This document shows positions 8,502 through 16,192 of a stretch of 64,000 bases of DNA, in pieces (positions within the stretch are counted from its first letter, which is position 1; each line of letters begins with the position of its first letter). Below the pieces are notes generated by a model, which worked only from the letters and a program-made list of their open reading frames with translations, did not search any database and had not been told where the DNA came from. The position numbers and the translations under genes were made by a program. This stretch comes from Eubacteriales bacterium. GTDB taxonomy: Bacteria; Bacillota; Clostridia; Christensenellales; Aristaeellaceae. The stretch covers positions 747 through 64,746 of the forward strand of contig JAVBMF010000026.1 of assembly GCA_031552735.1 (NCBI GenBank). Reading direction: 5' to 3'.

Positions 8502-9677
8502 TTATGCGGTCTGCGGCGATGTGGCAGCGCTGGTCAGCGAGACGGTCTCGATCTCGATGTCGTTGCGCTCTAGGTTGTTTAACAGCATGTCCATCTCGGC
8601 GGCGAGCGGCTGCTCATGGATCAGGTACAGGCGTGTGCGCGGCCCCATGCGGCGAATGCGCAGCAGCATGTCGGCGGTGCGCGCATCCATGCGGCTGGTG
8701 ATCACCACCGTGCCGCCGGTGCGGCGCAGGCGGCGCGTTTCTAGCAGCAGCACGCGCTCGAAGCGGTCTGTGCCGTCGAAGGGCACGTGTGCCAGCGCAT
8801 CCAGCACGAAAGGCAGCTCGGCAGTGCTATCGCACTGCACCTCCTGCGCGTGCGCGCTGAGTAGCGGCATGCGCACGGTATTGCCCTGCGCCAGCTGCGC
8901 CTCGGCCAGAGACGCGGCGGTCTCGCACAGTGCATCGCGCACGGTATACGACGCCTCGGGGTCGTCGGTGGGCGGCGCGCAATTCATCAGGATCAGCGCA
9001 TCGGGGCGCGCGGGCTCCTCGAACCGGCGCACCATCAGCTCACGCTTGCGCATGGTCAGCTTCCAATGCACGCGCTTGAGCTCGTCGCCGTCCTGATACG
9101 CGCGCACATCGGCGGGGGAAGTGGCGTCGTCGGTGGCGCGCGCCATCAGGTCGTTGCCCGAGTCGCCGGGCGCGAACGGCAGCGGGCGCACCGGGAACGT
9201 GCCCGGGACCACGATGGCCGACAGCATGCCTTGCGTGGCTTTTTTGCGCAAGGAAAACAGTCCGAACACATCGCAGACCTCGCAATACACCAGCCCGACA
9301 GGGTACTCGCCAACGTGCGGGCAGTACAACTGTTGCGTCAACTGCGTGCGGCGAAATGGGATGACCGCCAGGCGCACGTCCATCGGCCCCGCGGCGTCGG
9401 GCACGACAAAACGAAGCAGCACCGGCGCGATCGGAAGCGGCGCGCTGTGCTGCACGGTGGCTAATAGGGTGATTTCGCCGGTGCGCTGGACGCGTGCCTC
9501 GGGCAAGGCATGGCTGCAAGACAGAGTGGCCCACGCGATGAGCACGCTAATCAGCGATAGGCCGCCCATAACCGCCAGCACCAGGAAAAACAGCCAGTAG
9601 ATGCTGCCGCCGGTGGACAGCGCGGCCAGCAAACAACTGACCATCACCAGCACAAAGACCAGCGCGCGCCCTTTCAT
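8502..9677 (-). CDS. DUF58 (vWA-like) protein
   Basis: The start ATG at 9677 overlaps the MoxR stop by 4 nt (ATGA). It has two N-terminal TM helices and the DUF58 signature RAYQDGDELKRVHWKLTMRKRELMVRRFEE. The 654-aa tracked ORF is a read-through of the antisense part of moxR. Confidence 0.85.
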   Translation of the reverse strand: MKGRALVFVLVMVSCLLAALSTGGSIYWLFFLVLAVMGGLSLISVLIAWATLSCSHALPEARVQRTGEITLLATVQHSAPLPIAPVLLRFVVPDAAGPMDVRLAVIPFRRTQLTQQLYCPHVGEYPVGLVYCEVCDVFGLFSLRKKATQGMLSAIVVPGTFPVRPLPFAPGDSGNDLMARATDDATSPADVRAYQDGDELKRVHWKLTMRKRELMVRRFEEPARPDALILMNCAPPTDDPEASYTVRDALCETAASLAEAQLAQGNTVRMPLLSAHAQEVQCDSTAELPFVLDALAHVPFDGTDRFERVLLLETRRLRRTGGTVVITSRMDARTADMLLRIRRMGPRTRLYLIHEQPLAAEMDMLLNNLERNDIEIETVSLTSAATSPQTA

Positions 9678-10621
9678 GGCAGCTTGACCGGCACGACCAC
9701 GTTTTCCAGCACCGAGCGCAGCACGCGCGGCGTGGTCAGGCCCTTCATGCGTGCGTCGGGGCTCAGCAGAATGCGGTGTGCCAACACCGATTCGGCCAGT
9801 TGCTGCACATCCTCGGGTAGGATAAAATCGCGGCCGGCCAGTAGCGCGTTGGCCTGGGCGGCGCGCACCAGCGCGATGGCCGCGCGGGTCGATGCGCCCA
9901 GTTGCAGCGCGCTGTGCTTGCGCGTGGCGGCGCAGATATTGGCAACGTAGGAACGCACTTCCTTGGAGCAGTAGATCTGCTGCACCGCGCTTTGTAACGC
10001 GACCACATCCTCGGCCATGCACACCGGTTGCAGGGTGGACAGCGGGGTGGTCGGGCTGGCGTAGCGCTCCAGGATGTCCATCTCGTCCTCCACCGAGGGG
10101 TAGCCGATCGAGATGCGCATGAAGAAGCGGTCGAGCTGTGCCTCGGGCAGCGGGTACGTGCCGACGAACTCTACCGGGTTTTGCGTGGCCAGCACCATGA
10201 ACGGCTGCGGCATCGCATAGGTGACGCCATCCACCGTGACCTGCTTTTCCTCCATGACCTCCAGCAGCGAGCTCTGCGTCTTGGGCGATGTGCGGTTGAT
10301 CTCGTCGGCGAGCACGATTTGGCTCATCACCGCGCCGGGGCGGAACTCCATTTCGCCGGTCTTGAAGTTGACGATGGTGAAGCCGGTGACATCCGCGGGG
10401 GTGACGTCGGGCGTGAACTGGATGCGCTTGAATGAGCAGGCCAGCGACTTCGCCAACGCGCTGCACAGCGTGGTTTTGCCCACGCCGGGTACGTCCTCGA
10501 TCAGCACATGGCCGCCGCAGAGCATGGCAATCAACGCCAGCTCGACGACCTCCTCTTTGCCGACGATAACCTTGCCAATATTCTGCTGAAGCGCTCGGAT
10601 GATCCTGCGTGGTGGCTGCAT
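9674..10621 (-). CDS. MoxR-family AAA+ ATPase
   Basis: It has Walker A DVPGVGKTT, Walker B/sensor LADEINRTSPKTQSSLLEVMEE and a typical AAA_3 length (315 aa). The RBS GAGGAG precedes ATG 10621. Confidence 0.9.
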   Translation of the reverse strand: MQPPRRIIRALQQNIGKVIVGKEEVVELALIAMLCGGHVLIEDVPGVGKTTLCSALAKSLACSFKRIQFTPDVTPADVTGFTIVNFKTGEMEFRPGAVMSQIVLADEINRTSPKTQSSLLEVMEEKQVTVDGVTYAMPQPFMVLATQNPVEFVGTYPLPEAQLDRFFMRISIGYPSVEDEMDILERYASPTTPLSTLQPVCMAEDVVALQSAVQQIYCSKEVRSYVANICAATRKHSALQLGASTRAAIALVRAAQANALLAGRDFILPEDVQQLAESVLAHRILLSPDARMKGLTTPRVLRSVLENVVVPVKLP

Positions 10622-10683
10622 GCTGGTTCTCCTCTATATCGTATCCGTATGGTGTACCGAAAGATGGCTTCTTAATCCTTCAA

Positions 10684-10712
10684 ATTATATAAGAATGGGC
10701 GCGGTTAATCAA
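10684..10712 (-). promoter_or_regulatory. Sigma-A promoter of the MoxR-DUF58-TGase operon
   Basis: On the minus strand: TTGATT, a 17-nt spacer, then TATAAT, about 60 nt upstream of the moxR start. Confidence 0.6.
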
Positions 10713-10717
10713 GCGTA

Positions 10718-10746
10718 TTGCAAAAATGCAGGGATTGGGCTAGACT
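10718..10746 (+). promoter_or_regulatory. Candidate promoter of the birA operon (divergent from the moxR promoter)
   Basis: TTGCAA, a 17-nt spacer, then TAGACT, 27 nt upstream of birA ATG 10773. Confidence 0.45.
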
Positions 10747-10772
10747 GGGAGAAACGGAAAAGGAGGCGGCGC

Positions 10773-11747
10773 ATGGACGATCTGCTGGCGATGCTGATCG
10801 CTGAACCGAGCGTGTCCGGCCAGCGCATGTGCGCACAGCTGGGCGTCACGCGCGCCGCCATTTGGAAGCGCATCGAGAAGCTGCGGCGCATGGGTGTGGT
10901 GATCGATAGCGTGGGGCGCAACGGATATGCGCTTCGCGCGCTGCCCGATGTGCCATTTTCACCGGTGCTGGCAGCCAGGCTGACCACCCGGCGCATGGGG
11001 CGGCCTGCCTTCTATTATGAGACCATCGGCTCGACTAACGCCGAGGCCAAGCGCCTGGCGCGCGAAGGCGCGAGCGAGGGTACGCTGGTCATCGCCGCCG
11101 AGCAAACCGATGGACGCGGACGGCGCGGACGCGAGTGGCACTCTGCATCAGAAAAAGGCGTGTGGTGCACCACCATCCTACGTCCCGCCGTGCCCGCCGA
11201 GCGCGTGCCCAGTTTGGCGATGGTATGCGCGCTGGCGGTGGCCGACGCCATCGCGGACTGCTGTGGCCAGCGAGCGGGCATCAAGTGGCCCAATGATGTG
11301 ATTATCGGCGGCAAGAAAGTGTGCGGCATCCTGTTGGAGCTGTCGGCCGACATGGAGCGCGTCGATTGGGTAGTGGCGGGGATCGGCATCAACGGCTGGC
11401 ACACGCAGGCCGACTTCCCGCCGGACATCGCCGACACGGCGACTTCGCTGCTGCTGACCACCGGTACAACGCCGGAGCGTGTGTCGCTGATCGCCGCGCT
11501 GATGCGGGCGCTGGAGGCGCGCTACGATACCTGGAGCAAGGCCGGGCTGGTCGGCCTGATGGACGATTATGCCGCGATGAGCGTGACGCTGGGGCAGCCG
11601 GTGTGCGTGATCGCCACCGACCAGACCTTTGAGGGCGTTGCGCGGCGCATGGACGAAACCGGCGCGCTGTGGGTAGCGCTGGCCGACGGCACAGAGCGGC
11701 GGGTATTGGCCGCAGATGTATCGGTGAGGGGAGTGATGGGCGCGTGA
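10773..11747 (+). CDS. birA: Bifunctional biotin-[acetyl-CoA-carboxylase] ligase / biotin operon repressor BirA
   Basis: ATG follows AGGAGG (10761-10766). It has an N-terminal wHTH (SGQRMCAQLGVTRAAIWKRIEKLRRMG), the ligase motif QTDGRGRRGREW and KWPNDV. Confidence 0.9.
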   Translation: MDDLLAMLIAEPSVSGQRMCAQLGVTRAAIWKRIEKLRRMGVVIDSVGRNGYALRALPDVPFSPVLAARLTTRRMGRPAFYYETIGSTNAEAKRLAREGASEGTLVIAAEQTDGRGRRGREWHSASEKGVWCTTILRPAVPAERVPSLAMVCALAVADAIADCCGQRAGIKWPNDVIIGGKKVCGILLELSADMERVDWVVAGIGINGWHTQADFPPDIADTATSLLLTTGTTPERVSLIAALMRALEARYDTWSKAGLVGLMDDYAAMSVTLGQPVCVIATDQTFEGVARRMDETGALWVALADGTERRVLAADVSVRGVMGA

Positions 11748-12682
11748 AGCAGCGGTTTGAGGGCAGCATCACCGACGTGGCGGACATCCGCGTCGGTCAG
11801 GTGCAGGATAAGAAGGCGTGCACCGGCGTGACCGCGATACGCTGCGGCACGCAGGCGGTTGGCGGCGTGGATGTGCGCGGCGCGGCCCCAGGCACGCGCG
11901 AGACCGATCTCTTGTCCCCCGGCAACCTGGTGCAGGGACCGCACGCGGTGCTGCTGTGCGGCGGCAGCGCGTATGGCCTGGCTGCGGCGGACGGTGCGAT
12001 GCGCTTTCTGCGCGAGGCAGGGGTCGGGCTGGACGTCGGTGTGGGCATTGTGCCCATCGTGCCGGCAGCGGTGCTGTTCGATCTGGCCTGCGGGGCCAGC
12101 GATGTGTTCCCCGACGCGGGCATGGGCTATGCCGCATGCCAGGCGGCGACGCGCGAAGTGGCGCAGGGACGCGTCGGCGCGGGCGCGGGCGCGACCGTCG
12201 GCAAGCTGATCCCGGGCACGCAGCCGCAGTTCGGCGGCATCGGCACGGCATCGGTGCGCGTAGGGGGAGTGACGGTTGGCGCGATCGTCGCGGTCAATGC
12301 GGCGGGCGATGTGTACCACCCGCACACCGGAGAATGGCTGGCGGGCGGCACGCTACCCGATGGCAAGCCGGTGCGGGCGCAGGAGGTGCTGTGCAGCGGC
12401 GCGCAGGTCGGCACGCCGATCGGGCGCAACACCACCATCGGCGTGGTGGCCACCGACGCCAAACTAACCAAAGAGCAAGCGATGCGCCTGGCCACCGTGG
12501 CGCATGACGGCATCGCGCGGTGCGTGCGTCCCGCGCATACGCAGGTGGACGGCGATACGATCTTCTCTGTCGCCACCTGCCAGAACAGCGAGGACGCGCC
12601 CTTCATCGCGCTGTGCGCGGCGGCTACCGAAGCGATGGCGCGCGCCATCTATAATGCGGTGTGGACGGAGGCGCGCGCATGA
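11744..12682 (+). CDS. DmpA/P1-family (peptidase S58) aminopeptidase-like protein
   Basis: GTG 11744 overlaps the birA stop (GTGA). The family pattern is ITDVADIRVGQ...TGVTAI...GTRETDLL and NTTIGVVATDAKLTKEQ (self-processing Ntn-type). Confidence 0.7.
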   Translation: MKQRFEGSITDVADIRVGQVQDKKACTGVTAIRCGTQAVGGVDVRGAAPGTRETDLLSPGNLVQGPHAVLLCGGSAYGLAAADGAMRFLREAGVGLDVGVGIVPIVPAAVLFDLACGASDVFPDAGMGYAACQAATREVAQGRVGAGAGATVGKLIPGTQPQFGGIGTASVRVGGVTVGAIVAVNAAGDVYHPHTGEWLAGGTLPDGKPVRAQEVLCSGAQVGTPIGRNTTIGVVATDAKLTKEQAMRLATVAHDGIARCVRPAHTQVDGDTIFSVATCQNSEDAPFIALCAAATEAMARAIYNAVWTEARA

Positions 12683-13047
12683 TTGTCGGCTGCGGCGTGG
12701 ATCTCTGCTCGGTGTCGCGCATCAGGCGCATGATGAACAAAGGTTTTGTGCAGCGGTACTTTACCGACGAGGAGCAGGCGTATCTGGCGGACAGGAACAA
12801 CGCAGCGGAGAGCACAGCGGGCATGTTTGCCGCTAAGGAAGCGATGCTCAAGGCGCTGGGCACCGGCATCGCGGGCATCGGGCTGACGGCGGTGGCGGTA
12901 TCGCACGACGCGCAGGGCGCGCCCATCGCGGTGCTGACCGGCGCGGCGATGGAGCGGCTTATCGCCATCGGCGGCGCGCGCGTGCACCTGAGCATCTCGC
13001 ACGAAGGCGATATGGCGGTGGCGCTGGCCATCGCGGAAACCATATAA
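12679..13047 (+). CDS. acpS: Holo-[acyl-carrier-protein] synthase
   Basis: ATG 12679 overlaps the preceding stop (ATGA). It starts MIVGCGVDLCSVSRI and has FAAKEAMLKALGTG and SISHEGDMAVA motifs; 122 aa. Confidence 0.9.
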   Translation: MIVGCGVDLCSVSRIRRMMNKGFVQRYFTDEEQAYLADRNNAAESTAGMFAAKEAMLKALGTGIAGIGLTAVAVSHDAQGAPIAVLTGAAMERLIAIGGARVHLSISHEGDMAVALAIAETI

Positions 13048-13061
13048 TAGGAGGAACGACC

Positions 13062-13532
13062 ATGAACTATTGGGGCACACTCATCGCGGTGGAGGACGTG
13101 GCGAAGGCCAGAAAATTCTACGAGGAATTGTTCGGCATGCGCGTCGAGTACGATTTGGGCGACAACGTGGCATTCGACTGCGGCGTGGCGTTGCAGCAGA
13201 ACTTTGGCCGCCTGATCGGTTTGCCCGAGAGCATGCGAAAGACCCAGGCGCACAACGGCGAGCTGGTGTTCGAGCACGACGATATGGATGAGTTCATGCG
13301 GAAACTGCGCGCACGTGGTGACATCCGCTATGTGCACGAGCTGCAAGAACAGCCGTGGGGGCAGCAGGTGGTGCGTTTTTATGATCTGGATGGGCACATC
13401 ATCGAGGTGGGCGAGCCGATGCTGGTGGTGGTGCGACGCATGCTGCGCTCCGGCATGTCCGAGGCCGAGGTCGCCAAACGCACCGAGTTCCCGCTGGAGT
13501 TTGTCGAGCAATGCGTGGATCTGTCCCGATAA
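13062..13532 (+). CDS. VOC/glyoxalase-bleomycin-resistance family protein with a short C-terminal extension
   Basis: The ~115-aa VOC fold pattern is VEDVAKARKFYEELFGMRV...FYDLDGHIIEVGE, followed by a ~35-aa helical tail. Confidence 0.6.
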   Translation: MNYWGTLIAVEDVAKARKFYEELFGMRVEYDLGDNVAFDCGVALQQNFGRLIGLPESMRKTQAHNGELVFEHDDMDEFMRKLRARGDIRYVHELQEQPWGQQVVRFYDLDGHIIEVGEPMLVVVRRMLRSGMSEAEVAKRTEFPLEFVEQCVDLSR

Positions 13533-14380
13533 CGGATCGCGCGGGCATTCGGGCGATACTGCCCGCGCGAGCGCGTGACGCGCACAAGGGCAGCCTGGGT
13601 CATGTGCTGGTGGTCGCGGGCGGTCAGGGCATGGCGGGGGCAGCGGCGCTATGCGCGCAGGGCGCGCTGCGCGGCGGATGCGGCCTGGTGACGGTGGCGT
13701 GTCCGGGCAGTATCGTGCCGATCGTGCAGCAACTAGCCCCCTGCGCGATGGCCTTGCCGCTGCCCGAGCGAGATGGGCGATTGGACAGCGCAGCGGCAGA
13801 AGAGCTGGCGCGCGCATGGGCGGGAAAGGCCGCGCTGGCGGTGGGCCCGGGCTTGGGCGCGATGCCCGAGGTGGCCGATGCGCTCGCGCCGCTGTGGCAA
13901 GCCGACGTGCCGCGCGTGCTCGACGCTGACGCGCTCAATCTGCTGGCCGCGATGGATACATGGCCTCTTCTGGGAGGCAAGGCGATTCTCACGCCGCACC
14001 CGGGCGAGATGGCGCGGCTGCTGGGCATGCCCACCGATTTGGTGCAGGCCAACCGGCAAGGCAGCGCATTGCGGCTGGTCGAGCGCACCGGCGCGGTCGT
14101 GCTGCTCAAGGGCGCGGACACGTTGATCGCCGATGCTAGTCGCATGCGCATGAACCCCACCGGTTGTTCCGGTATGGCGACTGGCGGCAGCGGCGACGTA
14201 TTGACCGGCCTGATTGCGTCGCTGTGCGCACAGGGCATAACGGCTTACGAGGCAGCGGTAGCCGGTGCGTACATCCACGGCTTGGCTGGTGAGATCGCGC
14301 AAGATGCGTACGGCACACGCGGCATGACTGCCTGGGATTTGCAGCTATGCATCGCCGAGGCACTCAAACAGTTTGAATAG
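13511..14380 (+). CDS. nnrD: ADP-dependent NAD(P)H-hydrate dehydratase (YjeF C-terminal type)
   Basis: It has RDAHKGSLGHVLVVAGGQGMAGAAALCAQGALRGGCGLVTV, ILTPHPGEMARL and MATGGSGDVLTG motifs. The start is uncertain; ATG 13511 overlaps the VOC gene by 22 nt. Confidence 0.8.
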   Translation: MRGSVPITDRAGIRAILPARARDAHKGSLGHVLVVAGGQGMAGAAALCAQGALRGGCGLVTVACPGSIVPIVQQLAPCAMALPLPERDGRLDSAAAEELARAWAGKAALAVGPGLGAMPEVADALAPLWQADVPRVLDADALNLLAAMDTWPLLGGKAILTPHPGEMARLLGMPTDLVQANRQGSALRLVERTGAVVLLKGADTLIADASRMRMNPTGCSGMATGGSGDVLTGLIASLCAQGITAYEAAVAGAYIHGLAGEIAQDAYGTRGMTAWDLQLCIAEALKQFE

Positions 14381-14389
14381 TCTAGTCCA

Positions 14390-14428
14390 GAACGCTCCCC
14401 CATACAATGGGTGGAGTGTTCTTTTTTT
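14390..14428 (+). terminator. Rho-independent terminator after nnrD
   Basis: Stem GAACGCTCC/GGAGTGTTC (one G-U pair) followed by seven T. Confidence 0.7.
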
Positions 14429-14449
14429 GCTCTGCCAGGAGGGACGCCG

Positions 14450-14728
14450 ATGGAGAAGCGCAAGGTGCTGGTCTCGCTGCCCGAGCGAATCCTCGAAAAA
14501 ACGGATGCCGCCGCCTTTTCTGAGGGGCTGACGCGCAGCGCGCTGATTGGCAAAGCGCTGTGGCAGTATTTGCAGCGGCGGCATATGGTAGAGAGTGGAG
14601 AGAGAATGAAAAGAGGATATGAACAGATGGCGGAGATCAACCGCGCATGGGCGCAAGAAGGAATAGAGCACGATCTTCGCGCCTTAGACATATACGAAGC
14701 TATGCTGGCGGAGAGTGAAGAATCATGA
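14450..14728 (+). CDS. mazE: MazE/EndoAI-type RHH antitoxin
   Basis: ATG follows AGGAGGGA. It has the RHH N-terminus ([15 protein letters not shown]...[11 protein letters not shown]) and [13 protein letters not shown], resembling B. subtilis NdoAI. There is a 4-nt overlap with mazF. Confidence 0.8.
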   Translation: MEKRKVLVSLPERILEKTDAAAFSEGLTRSALIGKALWQYLQRRHMVESGERMKRGYEQMAEINRAWAQEGIEHDLRALDIYEAMLAESEES

Positions 14729-15075
14729 TCAAACGAGGCGAAATCTACTTCGCCGATTTGAATCCTGTGGTGGGTTCAGAGCAGGGCGGCATTCGCCCTG
14801 TGCTGATCATCCAGAATGATATTGGCAACCGGCACAGCCCGACGGTGATCGTGCTGGCCATTACCTCGCGCATCGAGAAGGCGAAGCTGCCCACGCATGT
14901 GGAGATCAGCGCCGGGGCCAGCGGGCTCAAGCGCGATTCGGTCATACTGGGCGAGCAGGTGCGCACGCTGGAGAAAAAGCGCCTGCGCGAGCGGCTGGGG
15001 CAACTGCCCGATGCGCTCATGGCGCAGGTAGATGATGCGATGCGCATATCGCTGGGCTTTACACAGGAGCTTTGA
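14725..15075 (+). CDS. mazF: MazF/EndoA (PemK-family) mRNA interferase toxin
   Basis: 116 aa. The sequence [47 protein letters not shown]...KLPTHVEI is highly similar in pattern to B. subtilis EndoA. Confidence 0.92.
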   Translation: MIKRGEIYFADLNPVVGSEQGGIRPVLIIQNDIGNRHSPTVIVLAITSRIEKAKLPTHVEISAGASGLKRDSVILGEQVRTLEKKRLRERLGQLPDALMAQVDDAMRISLGFTQEL

Positions 15076-15110
15076 GGCGTATAATAGAGGAACAGGCAGT
15101 CGATAAACGC

Positions 15111-15200
15111 CCATCTGCGGCGTCAGCGCTTTGCCGATCTTGTCGGCGTATGAACCATACGCCTGCTGCGGGCGGTCTCGCGCTTCCGCCACATCTGGCA
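15111..15200 (+). repeat. Copy C of the dispersed structured intergenic repeat
   Basis: It has CCATCTGCGGCGTC, CTTGTCGGCGTAT-GAACC-ATACGCCTG and ...CCACATCTGGCA. It lies 36 nt after the mazF stop, in the same orientation as the other copies. Confidence 0.7.
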
Positions 15201-15298
15201 TTTCTCGGCGGCCTGTTTCTGCAAAAGCTTGCGGGACAAGCTAAGGGACGCACCGCGTCACTTCTATTTCTATTTTTGATTATGGCTGGAGGGCTTTG

Positions 15299-16156
15299 AT
15301 GCAAGCGATGTGGACCCGGGAGCGCGTGCGCGCGTATGTGGAGCTATCGGTGGGCTGCGTGATCGCCGCGCTGTCCTTTGACCTGTTTTTTCTGCCCAAC
15401 AATATTGCGCCGGGCGGTATTACCGGTATCGCGACGCTGATCAATTCCATGGTTGGCGCGCCGGTCGGATTGACTGCCATCGTGCTGAATATCCCGCTGT
15501 TTTTATTCGGCTATCGGCTGGTAGGTCGATCGTTTGCGCTGCGCTCGCTGGTGGCGATGCTGCTGTTGTCGCTGCTCATCGACCTGATTCCGCAGATGCC
15601 GCCGCCGCACGACATGCTGCTGGCGTCGGTATTCGGCGGGCTGCTGATGGGCATCGGCCTGGGCATGGTGCTGCGCGCGGGGGCGACGACTGGCGGCACC
15701 GATCTGCTGGCCAAGATGATCCATTACCATTGGTCGCCGATCTCGGTGGGCGGCGTGCTGCTGATCATCGACTGCCTGGTGGTCATCGCCGCCGGATTCG
15801 TGTTCGACGCGCAGGCCGCGTTGTACGCGATGGTGGCGCTGCTGGTGTGCAGCAAGGTGATCGATATTGTGCTGCAAGGATTCAACAACGCCAAGCAGCT
15901 GTGGATCAACACCGCCCGGGGCGCCGACATCGCCGCGCGCATCACCAGCGAGATGGATCGCGGTGCGACGCTGATCCCTGCGATCGGTGCGTATAGCGGC
16001 GCAAAGCGCGACATGGTATTCTGCGTGGTCAGCACAGTGGAAGTCGCGCGGCTCAAGGCGCTGATCGCCGAAATCGACCCACGCGCGTTTGTCACCGTGT
16101 CGGATGTGCACGAGGCGATGGGCGAGGGCTTCCGTGGGCTGGAGCAAAAGAAGTAG
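15299..16156 (+). CDS. YitT-family membrane protein (DUF161 repeats plus DUF2179)
   Basis: It has 5-6 TM helices with LFFLPNNIAPGGITGIATL, and a C-terminal soluble domain GATLIPAIGAYSG...VVSTVEVARLKALIAEIDPRAFVTVSDVHEAMGEGF. Confidence 0.8.
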   Translation: MQAMWTRERVRAYVELSVGCVIAALSFDLFFLPNNIAPGGITGIATLINSMVGAPVGLTAIVLNIPLFLFGYRLVGRSFALRSLVAMLLLSLLIDLIPQMPPPHDMLLASVFGGLLMGIGLGMVLRAGATTGGTDLLAKMIHYHWSPISVGGVLLIIDCLVVIAAGFVFDAQAALYAMVALLVCSKVIDIVLQGFNNAKQLWINTARGADIAARITSEMDRGATLIPAIGAYSGAKRDMVFCVVSTVEVARLKALIAEIDPRAFVTVSDVHEAMGEGFRGLEQKK

Positions 16157-16192
16157 AGAATACGAAAGAATCGGTGCGGGGAGGGGACGCGC

